Shown: positions 9,428 through 19,538 of the stretch, one piece after another
Layout: the number at the start of each line of letters is the position of its first letter
Numbering within the stretch: the stretch's first letter is position 1
NCBI GenBank assembly: GCA_023231475.1
Contig: JALJEE010003089.1
Span: 56,870-76,869, forward strand
Length of the DNA stretch: 20,000 bases
Direction of reading: 5' to 3'
Source of the DNA: Seison nebaliae
Taxonomy: Eukaryota
Program-made: the position numbers and the translations under genes
The notes under the pieces: generated by a model
Seen by the model: the letters and a program-made list of their open reading frames with translations, nothing else
Database searches by the model: none
What the model was told of the DNA's origin: nothing

Positions 9428-10904
9428 ATGGCATTTATTCGTGATATCGTTCTCGCCCTCGATCCTCTCATGATCCGATTACAACCGGGAATCATGTTTG
9501 AGAATGCTCAATCCACAATCAAATTGCACTTATTCTTCCACTCCTGTTTTCTGTTATTTCTTCTTCTCTTCTTTCCTCTCCCTAACCATCATCTCTCCAT
9601 TAGACTCTTCTATTTCGCTCCCTTCAAAAGTTTATCATCACTCTGTTTGGGTTGTGTTGTGATATTGTTGGTAGATGTGTGGACGAGAACGCGGAAACCT
9701 GTTTCATTCAACGTTTCTTTTTTTATCATTTTCCATTTTAAAATTTCTTCTTAAAATTCAGTCTTCCTCCAATCTATCAATTAGTTCAACTTCTTCCAAT
9801 TCCATCAATAGCGATGAATCGAACAAAAACGAACGGAAACCTGAATTATATGGCTCCTTCTCTCAACTACTTTCTGCCTCACATTCATCAATCAATTACA
9901 GAAAAACGAATCTTGATGAACAGGAAGTCTGTCAATTATCCTACAAATTATATCGATTCATAGTTCAATGTGATGGGATGGTGGAGCATTGGAGACGTCT
10001 CAAATTGAACAATCCCAAAATATTCCTCCTCTACACCAACACCGTCATTCTCTCTCTTCTTTGGATTCTAACTCATGTTAATCTACTCATATACAAATTC
10101 TCTTTATTCATACTCTCTTCCATCTCAGTTCACAGATCTCTTCTTCTTACACACAATTCTTACCGTTCTCCTTCTCCTTCCGAAAATGAGTGAAATGAAA
10201 TTAAATAAAGAAACTCGCGACAACGTACTCAAATTCTTCGAACGATTAGATGACGGTATGAATTTCAGACAAAACTTTAAAGGTTCAATTTTTTACTCTC
10301 AATTCGAATGATTTTTTCAGAAAATTCCGAAAAAACTTCTTTTGAATTTTTCTTAGAAAATTCATTTGTACTTGAATTTTCCAAATTTTATTTTTTTCCA
10401 AACGAAAATATTTGGAAAAAATTTCGTTTTTTTCTTCGATAAAAATGAAAATTTCGGAGAAATGTTAATTAATCAATTTTTTTTATAGAAATACCTAATG
10501 AATATCAAGTTACTTTCGAAAGCGATGACGATTTTGTCGATGAACCAGATGGAACGACGAACGATAATAGTGAAGTGAATGAGTCGTTGAAGAATGTGTA
10601 TTGTGAGAATGAACAAGACGAAAATATTTTGAGAGAAGAAAAAAGAACGACAGATTCATATTTTGAAGAATTGAAAGAAATGATGGAAGAAGACATGAAC
10701 AGAAATAAAGCAGAAGTTGTGGTGGATTTCTGTACGAAATATGGTCTAAGTGAAGATATATTTATTTCTTATATCGAAAAATTATTGGATGAGAATAAGA
10801 AAGAATGTATATCTGGAAATAAGGACGAATGTGGAGGTGGAGACAAAGAAGAATGTGGAACAGGAGATAAAGGAGAATCGCTCGGTTTCACACTACTCGG
10901 ATAA
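9428..10904 (+). CDS. RETREG: Reticulophagy regulator (FAM134/RETREG-like), 4 exons: 9428-9700, 9762-10076, 10129-10255, 10489-10904; about 376 aa
   Basis: GT-AG introns of 61, 52 and 233 nt join four track ORFs in compatible phases (0,0,1). The protein has two hydrophobic hairpins (LVDVW..., LKLNNPKIFLL..., VLLLLP) like the FAM134 reticulon-homology domain, an acidic tail, and a terminal LIR-like FTLL. The first donor could alternatively be 9671 or 9713 (both in phase). Confidence 0.72.
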
Positions 10905-10979
10905 TTTCTTTCAATTTTCATTTAATTTTTCAAAGAGAAATTTCTAATATATCTTTTCACATATAATATTTTCCTGCAG

Positions 10980-11369
10980 ATGAAATTTTCTTCAGATCTC
11001 TCTTTAACTGAAACGAGTCCACCGGATAATTATTTAAAAAACTTTATTTTGAATCAATTCCTGAAGACTTGTGTGAACGAGAAGAGAATATCGAAATCGT
11101 TTTCCTTCCACAACATCCGATCGAGTTCAATTAATTTCCAACCGGAAATTCCCTTCAATTATCGCGCATCCACAACCTTCCTAGTAGATGGAATTGATAA
11201 ACCGAATGAAAAATTCTTAAAATTTACTTCTTTCTTTTTTGAGGATGATGATGAAGGACCCATCACAGATGCGAAAGGATTGAGGCGGAAAATTTACTTT
11301 GAACGACTCATGTCTCGCAAGAGACGAATATATTCCGATACATCTTATGCATCATCTTCTAATGAATAG
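10980..11369 (+). CDS. Hypothetical protein, 129 aa
   Basis: A 390-nt ATG-initiated ORF in AT-rich DNA, with acidic (EDDDE) and basic (RRK, RKRR) patches, directly after TTCCTGCAG. It may contain an in-frame 63-nt intron (11125-11187). No family recognised. Confidence 0.5.
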   Translation: MKFSSDLSLTETSPPDNYLKNFILNQFLKTCVNEKRISKSFSFHNIRSSSINFQPEIPFNYRASTTFLVDGIDKPNEKFLKFTSFFFEDDDEGPITDAKGLRRKIYFERLMSRKRRIYSDTSYASSSNE

Positions 11370-11398
11370 TTAATGAATATCTTCTTCGCTTTTATTAG

Positions 11399-11758
11399 AT
11401 GGCTCAACAAATCGAAACATTTAAATGTTACATTTGTTCGGCAACGGACCGATGTATAGAAGTAATTGAAGGCGAACGAGTCACATCGAAATTCTTAGAG
11501 TTTCCTTCTCTCCTTTTATCCTCCATTTTTATGGTAATTGTAGATTTAAAGAAAAAGTCTTCGTCCTTCCCAATCCTTTTGATGATACTAAATTAATACC
11601 ATTAGTCATCGGATACCAATGTTCTACTTGTAACAAATCAATTTGTCCAGTTAACTTTTTCTTCTCCTTCTTCCCAGTCACTCCACTTTCTTCTTTTAAA
11701 GGATTGCAGTCTATTTGAGATAAAACGATTCTGCAAACCGTGTTATACGCTAAAATAG
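11399..11758 (+). CDS. CDPF1: Cysteine-rich DPF motif domain protein 1, 3 exons: 11399-11499, 11544-11649, 11702-11758; 87 aa
   Basis: The spliced product MAQQIETFKCYICS...EFKEKVFVLPNPFDD...LVIGYQCSTCNKSICPDCSLFEIKRFCKPCYTLK matches the CDPF1 pattern FxCxxC...DPF...LxxGxxCSxCxxxVC..CSLFxxKRFCxPC. Introns are 44 and 52 nt, GT-AG. Confidence 0.85.
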
Positions 11759-12050
11759 ATATTTAAACATATTTCTCATATTTATTAAAAGAAATTTAAA
11801 AATATTTGTAAATTAATAATTACGTTCTATTGATGATATTGTTGTGTGTAAATGATGAACGAAATGAAATGAAATTTGGATGAAAAAGAAAGACAAATAA
11901 ACTTATAAAAAGGGGTGACTAAAAAAGAAGATAGGATTTATTAATGATTTATAAAAGACATGTAGTGAGCGGGTGAACAAATTTTTCCAATAAAGTAGAA
12001 AAAAAAAAAGGAAAATATTTCCTTACAAATTTCTCGTCAATCAATTTAAT

Positions 12051-12267
12051 TCTTCTTTCAGTTATCAGTATTCACTCGAACTCTTCATATGGTAGCAGGT
12101 ACAAATAGGAGAGGAATAGCACTGATAATATAATCACTGGTTACAGTTGAGGAGATGAGTAAACGATAGATACTGTTCGAGGAGATAATATTCGAACGAT
12201 AGAGACATAAATAGCGTTCACCTAAACGGGGAGTTGGGTGAATACTGAGGTGAGAATTGAAAGAAGA
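12051..12267 (+). ncRNA. Candidate structured RNA R4 (or a decayed MITE) closed by an approximately 34-bp stem
   Basis: TCTTCTTTCAGTT/AATTGAAAGAAGA (12051-12063/12255-12267) plus TCAGTATTCACTC-g-AACTCTTC/GGGGAGTTGGGTGAATACTGA (12065-12086/12228-12248). All four non-Watson-Crick pairs are G.U on the + strand. Confidence 0.45.
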
Positions 12268-12737
12268 TAATTTTATAACAATGTTGCTCCCCCACGTTGA
12301 AAGTTGTTACTACGTCATCTTGTCCTCTTAATTGGAATATTAATTCCGGTTACAACTTGTCTTCCAATGGGAACGTATCGATTTTCTTCATTTTCATTTT
12401 TCTCTTCGTACTTTTTCTTACTCGTTACTCATAAAATTACGATAATGATTATTGAAGAGATCTTCATTCTTGTCTATTAATTTCTCTGAACAATTTCTTA
12501 GTGACTTCCCGGTAAGATAACGCTAATGGTAATTTAGTGTGATAATGAAGTTTTAGTTTGAGAAAAGTGAAATAATAAAAAATTTTACTCTGACAGTCAT
12601 TCGAATTTCATGCAATAGAACCGAAATTTAATTATCTAATATAATATAAATATTTTCTCCTTCGAAATGTGATGATCGAAGAATGGAAGAAAACGGAAGA
12701 GAATTTGATAGTGGAAATATAATATCTATTGTTCATA

Positions 12738-12760
12738 TTGTTGTTGTTGTTGTTGTTGTT
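12738..12760. repeat. (TTG)n microsatellite, about 7.5 units
   Basis: Read directly from the sequence. Confidence 0.9.
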
Positions 12761-12973
12761 TATTAATAATGTGAAGCAATATTTGAAGTTTTATATTCGG
12801 AGAAATATAAAGAAGCCGTAAAGACACTGAGTGAGTATAATAAGGAGGCAATGGTTACATCTGCCAAAACGAAAAGATAAAAAAAACGGAATAAATTTTT
12901 AAAATTATCGAAGGACGTTTCAGATCGATTTTTACACTACTACTAGAATTGTGAAGATGATTTTGAGAAGTGT

Positions 12974-14816
12974 TCATACATCAAACTTTAATGATTTGCG
13001 ACATTTGCTCATTTGTTCGAAAGCGAAAGCTGCTTGTACCACTTCGTCATCTTCTCCAAAATCTCCAATAATCGTTAAACCAATTGGTTCGCCCGATTCA
13101 CTGTAACCGGCAGGAATGGTACATGCCGGATGTCCAGCTGGCGCATAAATATCACTCATACAATTATTGATGGATACGATGTAATCGACATAATTGTTAG
13201 CAAAGAGTCGTTGTAGTGATTCTCTAGCACGCTTCCTCGCTTCCATAAATAGTTTTTGAACGACAGGTGATGGCAACTTCGGATATTTGATTGCATCCTC
13301 CAAATACGAACATCCATAAGGACATGATTTTTCTTTATTCGTTTTTGTTTCATTAATGATATCTTCTAATTTAATCGGTCGTCCTTTCACTGATCGAGAG
13401 AAGACTTCAATCGAATCGCGAATTCCATACGATAATAATGTGACTAAATCGATTGTCGGATGAGTTAATTCATCAATGCCGATATTGATGAATTTCACTC
13501 CAGAGTCAGCTAATATCTCCAATGAACTATCAAATAATTTCTTCGACTCTTTATTTACATTTATTAAATGTTTGGCGACGCCTATCGTTTTATTTCTGAG
13601 GAAATCGGGAGCTTCCCTCGTTTGGAGAACATCATAAAATGGAAAATTCTTCAAGTGTAGACACTTGCCCGTTTCGATGTCATTAAAGTCACGTCCGTTA
13701 ACAAGACCTGATTGTAAGAGAACGGCTACATCCTCAACATAACGACCAATTGGACCGGCTGTATCGAATAAACTCACTAATTGAAGAATTCCATGACGGG
13801 AAATTAATCCAACTGATGGTTTATATCCTACACAACTCGCTTGTGCTGACGGTGCAATAATACTTCCAATTGTTTCCGTTCCGATAGCTGCGCTACATAA
13901 ATTAGCTGCAACACTAACCGCACTACCACTACTACTACCAGCAACCATAAATTTCCCGTAAGGATTCTTCGTTTGGCCACCACAACTCGAGTAACCACTG
14001 GGAGCTTTCGGGTCCACAAATCCTGCCAATTCTGACATGTTCACTTTCCCTAAAATTATCGCATCCTCCTCTTTCAATGATCTGATTAAAGTAGCTTCAT
14101 TTCTTATTTCAAGTTTATTCATTTCTTTTTCCAACAAAACATTTCCAGCAGTTAAACCATCTTTTGTCAAAATATTATCTTTCACCAAAACACAAATTCC
14201 ATGAAGTTTCTTCTTATTATTTGATTTCTCCATTTCCAATGCATCACTCATAGCGGTCGAATTCAATTTGAAAACGGCATTAAATCCATCATTTTCCTTC
14301 AAATCCAATTTCCTGATATTCGTCATATAATAGGCGACTAATGTAGATGGTGATAATTTGCCCGAATTCATCAAATAATTTATCCGTTTGATTGAATAAG
14401 GAGGACCAGCATCCTCACTCGACTCATCATTTCCCAATTCCGAATCGATAGTAGCCCAATCTAAAGATTTGCCTGTCGATTTGAACAAATCCAGTTGTTT
14501 CTCAATAGATGCATTCAACGATGATAATCCTCGAATTTCTTCCGACAATTCTATCTTATTCTTGTTACTGTTCAATGCTTTCAATTCCTTCTTGGTTTCA
14601 ATTTCTCGAAATTGTTCCGCTATGTCATCATTATTACCATTCTTTCGAAAGAGATTCATCAGTTGGAAGGTATCTTCCACTTCACTTACTTGAACCGCAT
14701 CCACATTCACTATTTCCTTCCTTCGATGTTCAGGAGAAGAGGCTCTTGATGTACGTGGAGTCTATTGAACGGTCAAAATAGGAAATAATTAGATCTACAA
14801 ATAAGACGTTGCTCAT
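12974..14816 (-). CDS. Amidase signature family enzyme; probable 18-nt first exon (14816-14799), 37-nt intron, and main exon 14761-12974
   Basis: The Lys-cisSer-Ser triad is present: LHGICVLVKDNI, AGSSSGSAV, IGTETIGSI; also GYKPSVGLISR, DTAGPIGR, AGHPACTIPAGY, PIGL. The track start is a GTG; the frame stays open to a CAATAG acceptor at 14762, in phase with ATG 14816. An alternative start is the internal ATG at 14659. Confidence 0.9.
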
Positions 14817-16689
14817 AGGTATAAAATTCGAAGAAAAAAATTTGAAGAAAAATTTTAGTTTGTATTGAAGTAGTTTAAGTTCGATTACAGGAAAAAGAAG
14901 AAGAATGAACGGAAAACTAGACAATGGTAAATAATGAAAGTCATAAAAACTTTCATAAAATTGATCGAGTCAATTTTAGACTTCTCAAAAAGAGAATTTT
15001 ATGAATTAGTTATCTAATAAAATTAAGTAATAAATTTAAATTTGAAGAAATTTTAGTAGTAGTAGTAGATGTTGAAATGGTGATATTAACCCAGTCAATG
15101 GAATATGGTTTAGGTCTTTTCGGTCGCTTCTTTTTGCTTAGCACCTTACCCATGATTATTCGTTCTCTTCAATTTGAAATTTTTCTCCTTCGAATTGCCG
15201 TTCAAATTCAAATAGATAACACACAAATTACACTAGAAGAGAAGTATCTATTTCGTTTTATATTTCGTCTTCTGATAGAAAGAACAAGATAAATTAAATT
15301 ATTTTTAAAAAATAATTAAATTAGAATAATTAATCCAGTCCAGCACACATAAACATCAATCACATAAAAGTTTCTCTTTCTTTCTCTGATATACGTGTCG
15401 GTAATAGATCGACCTGGACCGTCTCTCACTCGACATCTCTCTAGTAATAGTTAGCGCTTAATGACGTTGTAGTAAGAGGAGGAAAGCATGGTAGGAGAAG
15501 TTAAGTTATTTATAAATAAATTCTTCATATGTCGAACGAAGTTAATAATAATAAACTTAACGATTTTCCCAATGATGTTCGATGATGAAAAAGAGAAATT
15601 GATTGAAAGAGAGAAAGAGAATTAAAATTTTTTTAATAAAGAAATATCGATCATCCATCTCTCCCACATACACTTCATGAAATGTTTATTAAAAAAAGAG
15701 GAAAATCATTTTTATATTGAGTTGGGTTGAAAGGGGGGGAAATATGGTCAATGCTAAAATTCAGTTAGAGAAGATGAAAAAATTTTCTTTTTCTTTTTAC
15801 AAATAACTTTCCCTATTGAGAAAATTCACAATTCCCCTACTGAAATCCTCCTATCATATCGTAGAAAATAACGAAATATTTTCACAGTTCGCCTTCACTT
15901 CGACAACTTACATGATGACCTTGACCATTCATCCAACTTAATAACAACCGCTACTGTTTTTCAATTTTTATTATATATATTAGCGTTAGACATGTTTGGG
16001 GAAATTAGTTTCCTTTTAAACAATATCGATATTAGATTAAATCTCTCAGCCTGCAGTTCCAATTAACAAATTTTACTATTTCTCTTTCGAACGTCGAATA
16101 ATCATGTCACATTTAATTTCCTTAAATAATTATAGTCTGAAATCAATTTATGGAGAGAACATCTTCATTTTTTAAATTAAATTCACCAATTAACTCTTAT
16201 TCATTTATATATCAGATAGTTACCGAGTTTCAATCATTTTCTCTTAATAAAATTATAGTAATTATGTTACTTTTTAGGACATTGTTTCTTCATTAATTCT
16301 TCATTTCATCATCCTTAAACATTTAGTACAGTCTAATTACTACACATATTCAGCCCCTTTGTTTTTCAGTTTACTTATCTTAAAAAAACAGAATAGAAAT
16401 TCAACATTTAATCTTAATAGGATGTCAATAGTATCCAAGTGAATAATGAATAACTCAATTTTTTTTGATAGATTCAAATCCCACTAGAGACAATCATCGA
16501 AATGGTCGATGTTATAACGAAGATAAAAAAGAATTATCATGATCATCATCGTTGACAGTATCATGTCTGGTAGTCATCATAGAACAAAGTAGCATCTCGC
16601 AATTTAATCTCATATTTGTTGAAATTATTATTATTATTATTTACTGGTTAAAATTCTCGTCGGGATAAAATGAAAACGGAAATAGAGAA

Positions 16690-17400
16690 GTTTCGGTCAT
16701 CACCAACGTCGATCAAGCGACGCATCTCCTCAAGAGATCGATTCGCAGGGATGCTGTCCAGTCGTACGAAGTAATAAAATGTTTAAAGTTTTGGAGAAGA
16801 ATATCGTGAGGTAGTTGGTAATAACGTATCGTGTATGAAAAAATGGAATGAGAGTGAAAGAAATTCGTCTTGGAAATATAAATAGCCATAAATTTTATGA
16901 TAGTCAAAAAATTGTGTCGGAACTTTTGTCGATAAGACTCGATAATTGGGAACAGAAGTAAAGCAACAGTGGTGAAAAGAAAAGAACGATTACATCTGTG
17001 GAAGCAGCAGACCATTCTCCTAATCAGCCGATTGTAGATCTGATCTACGTCTGATAAGGATCGCAATGTCATCAGCATATGCAACCACAAGTGGAAAAGG
17101 AGTGTCTCCTATGACGATACGATTGTTCTCATTCATATGACGTAGAACCCCATGAATAACCAGACCAAAAAGCCAGGAGTCAGGGATGCTGCCTTGCCGA
17201 ACGCCAGAATTAATGTGAAATGATATATATTAGACAATACACTACAATATATATATTGTAGGGTAGGTCGTAATATCGGATAGTATATGAAAAATATTAG
17301 TATCGGAAGTGGATAATAGAGATAGGATAATTTATATCGTTGTCTGCATAGGAAGATCGGTTCCAGAGAATATACAGGAAGAACCATTCTTCTAAAAAGC
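16690..17400 (+). mobile_element. Possible highly decayed retroelement (gag-like) fragment
   Basis: A higher-GC patch with stop-interrupted coding-like frames. 16991-17030 reads YICG/AADHSPNQP across one frameshift, resembling a broken CCHC zinc knuckle. No termini were found. Confidence 0.25.
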
Positions 17401-19120
17401 TGTAAGCTTTAAAGGAACGAATTTAGGTTTTAAAGAAAATAATCTACATAATTTGTTCCCAATATGATCTAGAGTAACCTAAAGGGACGATGGAGATCAA
17501 TGGTTGAACCGAGGAATATGGTGGAGGATATATTCGATGACTGAAAATATTCAAGATATTTCGAATTAAACAACTAATAAAAAAGATTCAAGTTTTAAAT
17601 TAATTTATACCTTGAGAAAAACATATTTTTTTAGCTTGAAAAGAATATCAAAATTATTTAGACACTAAATATGATGTAATTAAACACCATATGACATATG
17701 GCATATGTAGTACTTTCATATATTTGTGAGCATTAGTTAACATAAACTTCATCACATTCTGGGAACGTTTCAACATCTGCAAATCGTAATTGATATGAAA
17801 TCAGGATAATTATTGTGTATATTTTGTTCAAATTTGGTTCATGTCCAATGTAGTGCAGTCTGAAGGAATGGGAAATATCTGAAGGAATACAACTTTTATT
17901 CAGATTTCTGATTTGTCGTCGAATTTGTTTATAAAGGTAAGTGATCTTTTTATATACTTTTTAAATGGAATTGTTTTTCATCCTTTATTTATCATAGTTA
18001 TTATTTGAGTATTTTTGATTGAATCGGATTTCTTTTTGAATCGCGACCAGGATTTGTAATAAATGCATTGAAGTCCTGGTGTCTCTAACAACCACAATGA
18101 CTTTCTTGAATGAATCAATACTAAATTTTCCAGGTAATTCAATTAACTCTACTATGTTGTAAGTCATCCCCTATGAAATTGACTGAATTAATCCAATAGA
18201 TTGAACTTGATTTAGATTAAAGTTTTAATATGACTTAAATGAAGATTTGATACTCACTCTTTTGATACCATAAATCGACTCTGATTTAGATTCTGATTTG
18301 TAGCATTTTTTGTGCAACAAGACATTCCAATTACAAATGAAACAAAGTAGAACTATAAATAATTAGATATTTCTCTAGCGACAAGTTGTTAAATTATGAT
18401 AAGAAATTCTTAAAAACTTTCTTTTTTTGATTTCAATTATTTCATCTAAGAAATTTTTTTGGTAACAAAATAAAAATCAAATGACATCAACAACAAAACA
18501 CTAATAATTGCTTTCAATTGTCTCCTATTGATACAGGGATGACAAAGATTCTACCACCTTATTCTAATAACATGAGTGTCTATCGATACCCATACTTATA
18601 ATAAATGTCGAGGGTTCTTGTTAGGACAATTGAAAGCTAACTAACACATTTAAGGCCACAATTGTTGAGAAGTGTAAGCAAGTATCATTTTCATAATATT
18701 ATATAAAAGGAATCTAACATAACACAAATTAAATATCGAGCATTCTTATCTTTTCTAATCATCATTCATCTAAAATTCCGTCGCAAGTGAAACATTATGA
18801 CAAATACTTCAATTAGGTATTTTTATCAATCAGGTTATCAATGGTCAGTTTTTTTAACAATCTTATAACACTCAAACTGCCCTATCTATAATGTACTGTC
18901 GTGATAGCGTTAAAGAAAAGTAATGGGACAAATATGATAGAACAGTAACGATATAGTTTCCATTTCAATTTCTTTCAATAATTTATTAAATTCAAAATAA
19001 TTTTAAAAATTTCATTTAAATTTTATTATTATTATAGAACATCTGTAATTGTTTCACATAACATTAACATCTTTTGGATTTTTAAAACGTCAATAGAATT
19101 TTGTTTAAATCTCATATAGA

Positions 19121-19538
19121 ATGAAATTGCTATATTCAATCTGTTTGGTATTAGTTCTTTTTATCATTCAAGTTTCGTCCTGGCCATGTTCCTTTAAAAA
19201 TGAAGTAATCGAGGAAGGAGAAACTAAATCATTTGGTTGTGAAGAATGTACGTGCAAAAAATCAGGTTTATTGGTTTGCTCTAATGCCAAATGCCATGGA
19301 CAACAAAATGATTGTTAGTTTTTATTGTTTAGTTTAACAATTCTAATCCTGTTCGTCGAAAGCTTGTTTCAAATCATGTAAACCGGGTGTCAGTTTACGG
19401 TGCGGAAGTGATAATGTAACTTATTACAATGAATGTATATTCCAAAATACCAAATGCGTCAAACCTGATTTGGAATTGGCACATTTAGGAGCTTGTGATG
19501 GCTCCTCTAGTAAATTATTAGAGAAACTATCACAATAG
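19121..19538 (+). CDS. Secreted cysteine-rich protein: pacifastin/VWC-like module plus Kazal domain; exons 19121-19313 and 19363-19538; 122 aa
   Basis: Signal peptide; C-x16-CEECTCKKSGLLVCSNAKC; a 49-nt phase-1 intron GTTAGT..GAAAG; Kazal domain CFKSC-x7-CGSDNVTYYNEC-x6-C...HLGAC; AATAAA at 19616. Confidence 0.85.

Noticed and set aside
7352..14924. Alternative-frame and antisense ORFs within or beside real genes (7352, 8599, 10505, 10750, 13156, 13828, 14469, 14509, 14730)
   Set aside because: Shadows of the real CDSs with no independent motifs.
16807..16828. TGAGGTAGTTGGT, let-7-like 5' end
   Set aside because: No pairing 3' arm nearby, and the 3' half diverges from let-7.
15077..18167. 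ORFs at 15077, 16713, 17133 and 17985
   Set aside because: Short, without domain signatures or supporting exon structure; at most decayed sequence.
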